DNA of 64,000 nt, taken from assembly GCA_017420755.1 (NCBI GenBank), contig JAFQOG010000016.1, positions 5,768 to 69,767 of the forward strand. Reading direction: 5' to 3'. Shown piece by piece: positions 48,466-57,568 of this stretch (the first letter of the stretch is position 1; each line of letters begins with the position of its first letter). Both the position numbers and the translations under genes were made by a program. The notes beneath the pieces are model-generated. The model made no database searches, was not told the origin of the DNA, and saw nothing but the letters and a program-made list of their open reading frames with translations. Source of the DNA: Clostridia bacterium (GTDB lineage Bacteria; Bacillota; Clostridia; Oscillospirales; CAG-272).

Positions 48466-51400
48466 TTATTTGCGGTTCTTAATCGCATCAATTGGCTTCA
48501 TAGAAGCTATTTTCTTAACAGGTAAGAAGGTTGCAATGAATGCAACAAGTAGCGAAACTCCAAGTAGAAGCACGCCTTGCCTTGCACCAAATGTTAAGAA
48601 GGTTACCAAAATTCCAAGATCTTCTCTGAAAATTCCATTCAAAATGTAAACCACAACGCCCGTTGTTATGAGCGATAAAACAAAGTTTATAATCGAAATA
48701 ATAAAGGATTCTGCAAAGAATATTTTGAATACATCTCTTGAACGGGAGCCGATTGCACGAAGAATACCGATTTCTTGCTTCTTGTACGAAATACTTGTTG
48801 CAATAAAGTTAGATAGCATAAGCGATGCAAATAACGCAAAGCCAAGACCGATATACAAGAATACCTCTCCTAAGGTTTCAAGAAGGTCATCTATCATGTC
48901 AAGCTCTTGAGTTACTGAGTTTTTAAGCTCAAATCTCATCTCGCCATCATGGAACGAGTTTGTGTAAGAAAATTCAGCAATCCTTCTTATTGCACCGGAA
49001 TCCTTTGGCATAGGGGCAACAATAATTGAATATATGCCATCATTTAGTTGATTTACAATGCTGTAATAAATATCATCGTTTATCACAACCGTGTCAGAAC
49101 TATTCTCGAAAACACCAACAATTTCCATGTTTTTATCGGTTGTTTCGAACTGATTCTTATACGAGCCATAAATTGACGCAACATTGGTAAAAAGCTTTAC
49201 CTCTTTCGCAAATTCGAGCAGATAAGTCTTTAAATATTTCGCAATTTCTTCTGGTTGAGTGCTATTTAAATAGCTAGAATAGTTGGAAATAATAAATTCG
49301 GGGTTTGGAATTGATTTATCATCCTCAGCTGTGGAAATATAATATTCAAGCGCCTTGTCATAATTCTTATTTGAGTATTCATAAAGGGCAATTGAAATTA
49401 AATTACCGGCGTAAGAGGTGCTTCTTATGGATTGAGAGCCTAACATATAGCGTCCATTTGTAAGCTTCAAAACATTGTTGGAGAAGCGCTCCCAAGAAAT
49501 GATATGGTCCTTTAGAATAGGATAATTTGATGCCAAGCCTTCATAGAATGATTTTGCACATTCCATGAAATCGTCAGGACGATGCTCACTCCAAATAATA
49601 TTGTCCGTAAAAAGCGATGCTGTATAAGAGATATCATAGTTTCCAAACTCATCTCTAAACCAAGTAATTTCCATGTTTGGATCGTATGCCAAATAAGAAG
49701 GCCAAACCTTAGTTTCAAAGGTGTTGTTTTTTATAGCATCATAAACATACTTGTAGCCTGATGCAAGGTAAAAGTTATCAGCTATATCTCCCAAATTACT
49801 ACCATAAGAAAAATTAGAGAAGATTTCTTGATCCTCTTTATTTAGAGGAATTGAGCTAAGGTCATAGGAATTATATGAGAAATTGTTTATTCTATTATGT
49901 AGCATACTACTCGAAATCAAGATTTGCGAGTTAGAAAGAGTGCTAACAGGATCGCCAATCCACGAAATAGAGCTATCATTTATTTGATTTAACAATCTTA
50001 CACTAGAAATATAGCTTTCGTAGGAAATATTATCATAGTTTTCAAGACCGATTTCCTTGGATTTATAATAAAGAATCCTGTAATGAGCATTGTCAAGGTT
50101 GGTTTTGCTAAATTGTGTGCTTTCGAGAATATAATTTGAAAGTCGAGGTGTGACATAAAGAACTGCATGAAGTGAGTATTCTTGCGCAGATCTCAACTCC
50201 GATTGCAGAGCTATTTTGGCGATATCCATCTCTCCGTTAGAGGTTGTATCGGCAAGAACCTCATATCTTGAAAAATCGAAGCCTGTGTCTAGAATACCTA
50301 CAATTTTATATACGCCCTTTCCCGATGGGTTAGGAATTGAGTAAGAGGAAATGGTTTTGCCAATGAGATCACTTTCGTTGTTTATCGGAACAACGCGTGA
50401 CTCTTTTCCATCTTCACGAAGAATGTAACCCTGCTTGTGGAAATGCTCGTATATATATTTTGTGATAACTATTTCGTTTTCGTTTTGTGGGTATTGACCA
50501 GTTAATTTGTATCCAAAGCGAGAAACAAATTCAGGGGTGATTGGCGCAACACCAGGAAGACTGTATGGGAAAACATAAGACCAGTCTTTGTTATCGTCAG
50601 TATATTCACTGTTGATTTCTTGGGTGTATTCGACATGAATTCCGGAAATAACTCCAACATAATCTAGCCCGAGCTCTTTTGACAGCTCTTCCTTTTCAGA
50701 AGCAGAGATGAAGGTATCGTAGTTCTTCCAGCTAAAATCATCCTCGTCGTCGCCCCAGTGATCCTTTACCGCCTTGACAAGTGAAACATAATCAATGTTG
50801 GAGTCAATCAAGGACTCGGTGCAGGTGTTTATGCTGTTGTACGAGGCGATTGTGTCGGCAAGTCCAAACAATGAAAATGCGATAAAAGAGAGAAAAATGG
50901 TGAAAACCAAACGCACCTTTTTATGCTTAAGACCACTAGAGCCGAGTTTAAATGCGTTTTTGAGGGAAAGCTTAGATTTAATTAACTTGAAAATTCCACC
51001 CTTGTTTTCAATTTTGCCCTCGTCAGTGGGCTTGAATATCTTATTTTGACGCTTGTCATTTATGATAATTGAGGTAGAAGAGCGAATAGTGCGAATATAG
51101 TCATTTATTGCAATTCTGTCATCATCGGTCAGCTCATATCCGTCCTTTATTACGATTTCCTTGCCAAGATATGAAAGATTAGGCTCTTCTGCATTTTCAG
51201 TAGCCTCTGCATCATATTCAACATCGGAAATGATTTTTCCGTCAGATAATTCAATAATTCTGTCAGCATAAAGCTCAGAAAATTCTCTGTCGTGGGAAAC
51301 AACCAACACAAGCTTTGTTTTTGAAAGCTTTTTGAGCGTGTCAAATACCTGTCGGCCGGTTGCAGAGTCAAGCGCTCCTGTTGGCTCGTCAGCCATGATT

Positions 51401-51882
51401 ATTTCGGGCTTCTTTACAAGAGCACGGGCAATGGCAACTCTTTGCTTTTGACCACCGGAAAGCTCATTTGGCTTTCTGTTTCCAAGGCCATCAAGCTCAA
51501 CCTCGTGAAGAATTTCATTTATTTCGCCGTTTGTCGCCTTGCGTCCTTGAAGCTCAATAGCAAGAGCAATATTAGCACCTACCGTAAATTCCTCAAGAAT
51601 ATTGTATTCTTGGAAAATAAATCCTACATAGGTATTACGATAGCTATCAAAGTGTGATTGCTTAAAATCGGACGATGATTGTCCCTTGATTATAATTTCA
51701 CCTGAGTCAACAGTGTCAAGACCGCCTAAAACATTAAGTAGAGTAGATTTACCACTTCCGCTTTTACCAAGAATGAAAACCATTCCGGTATCCGGTAGGC
51801 GTAGAGAAACATCATCGAGAGCGCGAACCTCGACACCCTTTTTGGGAGCATATACCTTTCTTAAATTTCTTGCTTCAATCAT
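48466..51882 (-). CDS. Fused ABC transporter ATPase/permease (MacB/FtsX-like) with very large extracellular domain
   Basis: 'GKSGSGKST', 'LSGGQKQRVAIARA', 'ADEPTGALD'; C-terminal FtsX 'EIGILRAIG' and 'PIDAIK'. Confidence 0.9.
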   Translation of the reverse strand: MIEARNLRKVYAPKKGVEVRALDDVSLRLPDTGMVFILGKSGSGKSTLLNVLGGLDTVDSGEIIIKGQSSSDFKQSHFDSYRNTYVGFIFQEYNILEEFTVGANIALAIELQGRKATNGEINEILHEVELDGLGNRKPNELSGGQKQRVAIARALVKKPEIIMADEPTGALDSATGRQVFDTLKKLSKTKLVLVVSHDREFSELYADRIIELSDGKIISDVEYDAEATENAEEPNLSYLGKEIVIKDGYELTDDDRIAINDYIRTIRSSTSIIINDKRQNKIFKPTDEGKIENKGGIFKLIKSKLSLKNAFKLGSSGLKHKKVRLVFTIFLSFIAFSLFGLADTIASYNSINTCTESLIDSNIDYVSLVKAVKDHWGDDEDDFSWKNYDTFISASEKEELSKELGLDYVGVISGIHVEYTQEINSEYTDDNKDWSYVFPYSLPGVAPITPEFVSRFGYKLTGQYPQNENEIVITKYIYEHFHKQGYILREDGKESRVVPINNESDLIGKTISSYSIPNPSGKGVYKIVGILDTGFDFSRYEVLADTTSNGEMDIAKIALQSELRSAQEYSLHAVLYVTPRLSNYILESTQFSKTNLDNAHYRILYYKSKEIGLENYDNISYESYISSVRLLNQINDSSISWIGDPVSTLSNSQILISSSMLHNRINNFSYNSYDLSSIPLNKEDQEIFSNFSYGSNLGDIADNFYLASGYKYVYDAIKNNTFETKVWPSYLAYDPNMEITWFRDEFGNYDISYTASLFTDNIIWSEHRPDDFMECAKSFYEGLASNYPILKDHIISWERFSNNVLKLTNGRYMLGSQSIRSTSYAGNLISIALYEYSNKNYDKALEYYISTAEDDKSIPNPEFIISNYSSYLNSTQPEEIAKYLKTYLLEFAKEVKLFTNVASIYGSYKNQFETTDKNMEIVGVFENSSDTVVINDDIYYSIVNQLNDGIYSIIVAPMPKDSGAIRRIAEFSYTNSFHDGEMRFELKNSVTQELDMIDDLLETLGEVFLYIGLGFALFASLMLSNFIATSISYKKQEIGILRAIGSRSRDVFKIFFAESFIISIINFVLSLITTGVVVYILNGIFREDLGILVTFLTFGARQGVLLLGVSLLVAFIATFLPVKKIASMKPIDAIKNRK

Positions 51883-52232
51883 AATTGTTCTCCTTTAAAA
51901 AGCATATATATAAATTATAACATTAAATAATGTATTAGTCAATAAAATGCATTAAAAAACTAAATGGAATTAAAAAGAAAATAGAAGAAATAAAATGCAA
52001 AAAACAGATAAATAAAAGCCATCAATGGCGTCTGGAAAGCGCAAAAAATCGACAAAAAATACTTGTTAGTACAAAAATAATGACAAACAAGGACTTTTTT
52101 ACATAAAAAATATAATAAATGAACATATGCTCAATTATTAAAAATTTATTTTTCGGAAAATATTTCTAAAAGCGCTTAAAGCAATTGATTTATGCAAATA
52201 ATAAAAACAAAAGCTTATTAAGGAGAATAAAA

Positions 52233-52838
52233 ATGAAGGTAGTAATTTTGCCAAACGATGAAAAAACACCACAAGAAAACATAAAAAACACAATGACAAA
52301 AATAGGAGGAGTGCCTATATTTTTTCATACAATAATGCTGTTTGAAAGGTACGGATTTTCAGAATTTGTTATTTGCGATAACTCTCAAGGCCATGAAATA
52401 CGAGATTATTTGAATGAGCATTTAGAAAAAATTAAGGGCTTAAAAATTCGCATTTTGAAGCTCTCGCCACACTTGAAAGGGACAAAAATTCTTCAAATTT
52501 GTCAAAAAAACGGCGTTGAAAACGCGTTTTTTGTAGCTCCAAATGATACTATCACCGATTTGAATGTAGAAAAAATGCTATCTTACCATAGGCAAAATGC
52601 TCGTGTAGCAACAATTTGCGTGGCCGACGAGAAAAAATATTTTAATGCCCTGGGAAATGATCAAGGCTTAAAATATGAGTCGAAAATTATAAATTCAGGC
52701 TTTTACATTTTTGAAAGCGAGGCAACTGACTATATGTCAGGGAATGTTTCTCTTGATAAAGAACCGGTTGTATGTATGGCAGAAAATGACGAGCTGACAA
52801 TTTATTCAAACGGACATTTTGTGCAAAGATGCCTTTAA
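52233..52838 (+). CDS. Degenerate sugar-phosphate nucleotidyltransferase (RfbF-like)
   Basis: 'MKVVIL', 'KIGGVPIF.H', 'YGFSEFVIC', 'D.ITDLN', 'INSGFYIFE' retained; GGxGTR and K motifs absent. Confidence 0.7.
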   Translation: MKVVILPNDEKTPQENIKNTMTKIGGVPIFFHTIMLFERYGFSEFVICDNSQGHEIRDYLNEHLEKIKGLKIRILKLSPHLKGTKILQICQKNGVENAFFVAPNDTITDLNVEKMLSYHRQNARVATICVADEKKYFNALGNDQGLKYESKIINSGFYIFESEATDYMSGNVSLDKEPVVCMAENDELTIYSNGHFVQRCL

Positions 52839-52858
52839 AATGGAGCTCGCAAAAAAGA

Positions 52859-52930
52859 ATTTGAAAATTTAACATTTTAAAAATTCAAAAATATAAAAAT
52901 TTATAAAATAATAAATTTATAAAATTCAAA
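52859..52930. repeat. Degenerate 8-bp-period AT minisatellite (9 units, consensus ATTTAAAA)
   Basis: atttgaaa|atttaaca|ttttaaaa|attcaaaa|atataaaa|atttataa|aataataa|atttataa|aattcaaa. Confidence 0.7.
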
Positions 52931-52970
52931 TAAATCTTTTTATATAAAGGCAAATTGTAAAATTTCAAAT

Positions 52971-53002
52971 AAAAATAGCGAGTAAAAAACTCGCTATTTT
53001 TT
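52971..53002. terminator. Intrinsic terminator
   Basis: AAAAATAGCGAGT-aaaaa-ACTCGCTATTTTT. Confidence 0.85.
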
Positions 53003-53004
53003 AT

Positions 53005-55041
53005 TTATTCATCAAAGTCAAAAGAACCTGTATAAAGCTGATAATATTTGCCTCTTTGCTCAAGCAAATCCTCGTGAGAGCCACGTTCAATTATGCGTCC
53101 GTGGTCAAGAACCATAATAACATTTGAGTTCTTAATAGTTGATAATCTGTGAGCAATAACAAATACAGTTCTACCTTGCATAAGCGCGTCAAGACCCGCA
53201 GATACAAGAGCTTCTGTTCTTGTATCTATTGACGAGGTAGCCTCGTCCAAAATCATAACAGGTGGATCTGCAACAGCCGCTCTTGCAATTGAGATTAACT
53301 GTCTTTGTCCTTGTGAAAGATCAGAGCCATTTCCCGAGATAATTGTATTATAGCCATCAGGAAGCATGGAAATAAACGAATGGGCATTTGCACGCTTAGC
53401 AGCCTCAATACATTCCTCGTCGGTTGCATCTAGCTTTCCATAGCGAATATTATCCATTACAGTTCCCGTAAATAGATTTACATCCTGTAAAACTATACCA
53501 AGCGAGCGTCTAAGGTCGCTTTTTCTGATTTTGTTAATATTAATGCCATCATAGCGAATTTTTCCGTCGGCAATGTCGTAAAATCTGTTTATAAGATTTG
53601 TAATTGTAGTTTTACCGGCACCCGTTGCACCTACAAAGGCAATTTTTTGTCCCGGCTCGGCATAAAGAGAAATATCGTGTAAAACTATTTTGTCTTCAAC
53701 ATATCCAAAGTCAACCTCGTTCATTCTCACATCACCCATAACTCTTGTATAAGTAACGCTTCCGTCGCCATGAGGGTGCTTCCAAGCCCAAATGCCTGTA
53801 CGAGCCTCGCTTTCAATGAGGTTTCCGTTTTCATCGTACATAGCGTTAACGAGAGTAACATATCCATTGTCAACCTCGCTCTCCTCGTCCATGAGTTCAA
53901 AAATACGCTCAGCGCCCGCAAGACCCATAATAATGGCGTTAGCCTGTTGAGATAGCTGTGAAATGTTGTTTGTGAATTGCTTTGACATTCCAATAAAGGC
54001 AATAACAGTAGGAATACTCATATCCATACCGGAAATTGAAACATTGGGAACACCTAAAACAACGAGTAAGCAACCGACAAAAACGATAAAAACATATAAA
54101 ATATGACCGATATTGTTGATAATAGGCATAAGAGTGTTAGCGTATTTATTTGCGATGGTAGCATCCTCACATAGCTGAGCATTAAGCTCCTCAAAGCGTT
54201 TTTTGCTATTATCCTCGTAATTGAATACCTTCACAACCTTTTGACCATTTATCATTTCCTCAACATATCCCTCGGTCTTACCAAGCGCCTGCTGTTGACG
54301 GATAAAGTATTTTGCACCGCCACCACCGATTTTCTTGGAAACAAGAGTTATCGCAAGCACACCGAGTAAAACAAGCAAGGTCATCCAAACACTAAAATAG
54401 AGCATAACAAAGAATACTGTTACAATGGTTATGGATGCAGTAATGATTTGTGGAATAGATTGAGATACAAGCTGACGGAGCGTGTCAATATCGTTTGTGT
54501 AATATGACATTATATCTCCGTGAGTGTGAGTGTCAAAATACTTGATAGGAAGCGATTGCATCTTTTTAAACATAAGATTTCTCATTTTGTTAAGAAATCC
54601 TTGCGTCACAGTTGCCATAGTTCTTGTGTGAATAAATGAAGCTATAAGTCCCACAGAATAAACACAAATTAGAGCAATAACCGTGCTAAGAATTGACGGA
54701 TAAACTACCTTCAGCGCTGCCATGGGTGAAAGCCCACCATTTGTAATATCGCTAGCGCTAAGACCCCAAGATGCAAGAAGCTCTAGCTGTCTTTCACTGT
54801 CCTTTGCAGAGAATGATATAAAATCAAGCGCATCTTGAACATCAGTTAGAACTGATTGCTGGAACAGAGCAGGTAAAGCGCCGGCAAGAGCACTAAGCGC
54901 AATACAAATAAATACGATAACAAAGGGCGCTTTATAAAATGAGAATAAATGCTTTATAACTCTTGAAAATGTACCCTTTTTGACCTTTTTGATAGGCCTA
55001 CCCATTGAGGGCTGACGAGGATTTTTCATTGGCTTGTTCAT
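53005..55041 (-). CDS. Heterodimeric ABC exporter subunit (TMD+NBD)
   Basis: 'GATGAGKTT', 'LSQGQRQL', 'ILDEATS', 'AHRLST'. Confidence 0.93.
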   Translation of the reverse strand: MNKPMKNPRQPSMGRPIKKVKKGTFSRVIKHLFSFYKAPFVIVFICIALSALAGALPALFQQSVLTDVQDALDFISFSAKDSERQLELLASWGLSASDITNGGLSPMAALKVVYPSILSTVIALICVYSVGLIASFIHTRTMATVTQGFLNKMRNLMFKKMQSLPIKYFDTHTHGDIMSYYTNDIDTLRQLVSQSIPQIITASITIVTVFFVMLYFSVWMTLLVLLGVLAITLVSKKIGGGGAKYFIRQQQALGKTEGYVEEMINGQKVVKVFNYEDNSKKRFEELNAQLCEDATIANKYANTLMPIINNIGHILYVFIVFVGCLLVVLGVPNVSISGMDMSIPTVIAFIGMSKQFTNNISQLSQQANAIIMGLAGAERIFELMDEESEVDNGYVTLVNAMYDENGNLIESEARTGIWAWKHPHGDGSVTYTRVMGDVRMNEVDFGYVEDKIVLHDISLYAEPGQKIAFVGATGAGKTTITNLINRFYDIADGKIRYDGININKIRKSDLRRSLGIVLQDVNLFTGTVMDNIRYGKLDATDEECIEAAKRANAHSFISMLPDGYNTIISGNGSDLSQGQRQLISIARAAVADPPVMILDEATSSIDTRTEALVSAGLDALMQGRTVFVIAHRLSTIKNSNVIMVLDHGRIIERGSHEDLLEQRGKYYQLYTGSFDFDE

Positions 55042-56852
55042 TCCACCTTCGCCCCCTTTGTTTGAGATGTAAAGATTTCTCTGTAAATTTCGTTTGTTTC
55101 AAGAAGCTCATCGTGATTTCCAATACCATTAATCTTACCATCATCTAAAATAATGATAACATCAGCATCCTGAACGCTAGAAATTCTTTGAGCAATAATA
55201 ATCTTTGTAGTATCGGGAATTTCCTCTCTCATCGCCTTGCGAATAAGCGCATCAGTTCTTGTGTCAACAGCGCTTGTAGAGTCGTCGAGAATAAGAATCT
55301 TTGGCTTTTTAAGTAGCGCGCGAGCAATGCAAAGGCGTTGCTTTTGACCACCGGAAACATTAGTTCCGCCCTGCTCAATATAAGTATCATATCCATCAGG
55401 GAAGGAGCGAATGAATTCGTCAGCGCAAGCAAGCTCACAAGCTCTTATAAGCTCCTCGTCAGTTGCATTTTCGTTTCCCCAGCGAAGATTTTCCTTGATA
55501 GTTCCCGAGAATAAAACATTTTTCTGCAAAACAACACTAACCGCATCTCTTAGGGTGCGAATATCGTAGCTTCTAACATCAATTCCACCAACCATAACCG
55601 AGCCCTCAGTTACATCATAAAGGCGAGGAATGAGCTGAATAAGTGAAGATTTAGAGCTTCCTGTTCCACCGATAATTCCAATGGTTTGACCGGATTTTAT
55701 GTGTAGCTCAATACCCTCAAGAGCGAACTTTTCAGCTCTCTTGGCGTACTTAAAATTAACAGAATTGAAGTCGATATCACCATTTGCAACCTCGTAAATG
55801 GGATTTTCAGGGTTTTTAATGGTTGTTTTCTCGTCAAGCACCTCACAAATACGAGATGCGCTCTCTGATGACATGGTAATCATTACAAATATCATAGAAA
55901 GCATCATAAGGCTCATGAGAATTTGCATTCCATATGTCAAAAGTGCAGAGAAGTCACCAATTGCAAAGGCAGTGCTATTAGAGCTGATAATTAAGCGTGA
56001 GCCGATAAGACAAAGCGAAACCATAACCGCATAAATACACAACTGCATAACGGGGCTGTTGAATGCAAGTATCTTTTCAGCGCGAACAAAATCGTCACGA
56101 ACATCTTCTGATGCGCCCCTGAATTTTTCGCCCTCGTGCTCCTCTCGAACAAAGGATTTTACAACACGCATTCCTTTTACATTTTCTTGAATTGAGCCGT
56201 TTAGCTTATCGTACTTTTTGAAAACCTTTCTAAAAATAGGCATAGCCTTTCTAGATATGAATAAAAGAGAGAACAAAAGCACAGGCACAATAACGACGAA
56301 AATAAGAGCCATTTTTCCACCACGCAAAAACGCCATAACAATTGAAAAAATAAACATTAATGGCGAACGAATAGCGGTTCTTATAATCATCATAAATGAT
56401 TGCTGAACATTCGTTACATCGGTTGTAAGACGAGTCACAAGACTTGATGAGGAGAATTTGTCAATGTTCTCAAAGGAGAAATCCTGTGATGCGTTAAATA
56501 GCTCCGTACGCAGATTTTTAGCAAAGCCACATGATGCCTTAGAGCAGTGAATTCCTGCTAGTGCGCCAAACATAAGTGATAAAAGCGCAAATACAATCAA
56601 AAATCCACAATAAACGCCGATAATTCCAAGGTTAGAGTTAATGCCCCAGCCTCTTAAAAGATCGATTAACCAAGCTGTTATAATTTTTCCCTCACGATTT
56701 CCCATGCTGGACTCAATAAATGTGATTAGGTCAGCTGTGAAAAAGGGAATAATACATTCCATAATTACCTCAAGCGATACCAAAACGGGAGAGAGAATAG
56801 CATTTCTTTTGTATTCTCCAACGAATGAGGCAAGTTTTTTAATCGTTTTCAT
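55038..56852 (-). CDS. Heterodimeric ABC exporter subunit (TMD+NBD, degenerate site)
   Basis: 'GGTGSSKSS', 'VSGGQKQR', 'ILDDSTS', 'AQRIS'. Confidence 0.93.
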   Translation of the reverse strand: MKTIKKLASFVGEYKRNAILSPVLVSLEVIMECIIPFFTADLITFIESSMGNREGKIITAWLIDLLRGWGINSNLGIIGVYCGFLIVFALLSLMFGALAGIHCSKASCGFAKNLRTELFNASQDFSFENIDKFSSSSLVTRLTTDVTNVQQSFMMIIRTAIRSPLMFIFSIVMAFLRGGKMALIFVVIVPVLLFSLLFISRKAMPIFRKVFKKYDKLNGSIQENVKGMRVVKSFVREEHEGEKFRGASEDVRDDFVRAEKILAFNSPVMQLCIYAVMVSLCLIGSRLIISSNSTAFAIGDFSALLTYGMQILMSLMMLSMIFVMITMSSESASRICEVLDEKTTIKNPENPIYEVANGDIDFNSVNFKYAKRAEKFALEGIELHIKSGQTIGIIGGTGSSKSSLIQLIPRLYDVTEGSVMVGGIDVRSYDIRTLRDAVSVVLQKNVLFSGTIKENLRWGNENATDEELIRACELACADEFIRSFPDGYDTYIEQGGTNVSGGQKQRLCIARALLKKPKILILDDSTSAVDTRTDALIRKAMREEIPDTTKIIIAQRISSVQDADVIIILDDGKINGIGNHDELLETNEIYREIFTSQTKGAKVE

Positions 56853-57021
56853 TTAAAATTCCTTTCCTAATGTTTTACAGACTATATTTTATCACTTCTT
56901 ATAATCAAAATCAATACAAATATTCAATAAAAAATGTAAAAGTTTATTTATAAATTTGTTAATAATTTCATAAGAGATTAGTTTGTTAAACTAATAAAAA
57001 TAAAAAGCGCAATTGCGCTTT

Positions 57022-57402
57022 TTAAGATAAAATATCAAAATAGGCTAAGGCGAAAAGCTCTAAAATTCTTTCTCTTCGTCCAAGTAAATGTAAATAACCA
57101 AAAATTGCCTCAAACCCTGTTGCGTTTTTGTATTCAATAGGAGAAGCGCTTTTGGGAATATTCAAATGTGAAGAGTTTTTTGCGCGCCTGAAAATATCGC
57201 TTTCCTCTTCCGTTAGAATGGATGCAATCGCAAGATAAGCCTTGCTTTGCGACACAGCGGTGACGAATTTTTTTGCCTCTTCGTTTAACCTAGCGCTTTT
57301 TTCATATCCCTTTAAAATCAATTTTTCACGCACTAAAAGCTCAATTACAGCATCGCCTAAATAGGCAAGAGCCATAGCACTTGTTTGAGTGAAATCAATC
57401 AT
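57022..57402 (-). CDS. mrnC: Mini-ribonuclease III
   Basis: 'ALAYLGDAV', 'LTEEE..IFRRAKN', 'Y..ATGFEAIFGYL'. Confidence 0.92.
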   Translation of the reverse strand: MIDFTQTSAMALAYLGDAVIELLVREKLILKGYEKSARLNEEAKKFVTAVSQSKAYLAIASILTEEESDIFRRAKNSSHLNIPKSASPIEYKNATGFEAIFGYLHLLGRRERILELFALAYFDILS

Positions 57403-57568
57403 AAAATTACTTCCTTAGAATTTCTTAAATCACCTTAATTTTAACACACCCCCCTTCAAAAATCAATATAAACACTTGAAATATTCTTAAAAATATGGTA
57501 GAATATACATACATAAGTAAAAAACACCTAATCGAGTGTAAGAGACACTCTGTGTTAAAGGAGACTTT

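Noticed and set aside
51964-52014. 16-codon ORF MELKRNRRNKMQKTDK in a long intergenic region
   Set aside because: No RBS; expected by chance in A-rich DNA.
52120-52133. TGAACATATGCTCA, similar to a LexA (GAAC-N4-GTTC) or ArsR/SmtB box
   Set aside because: Single imperfect copy, ambiguous between families, and no functional link to the flanking genes.
57409-57434. ACTTCCTTAGAA resembles the left arm of the Bacillus dif site
   Set aside because: No TTATGTAAA-like right arm; it is explained as the minus-strand RBS (AAGGAAG) of mrnC.
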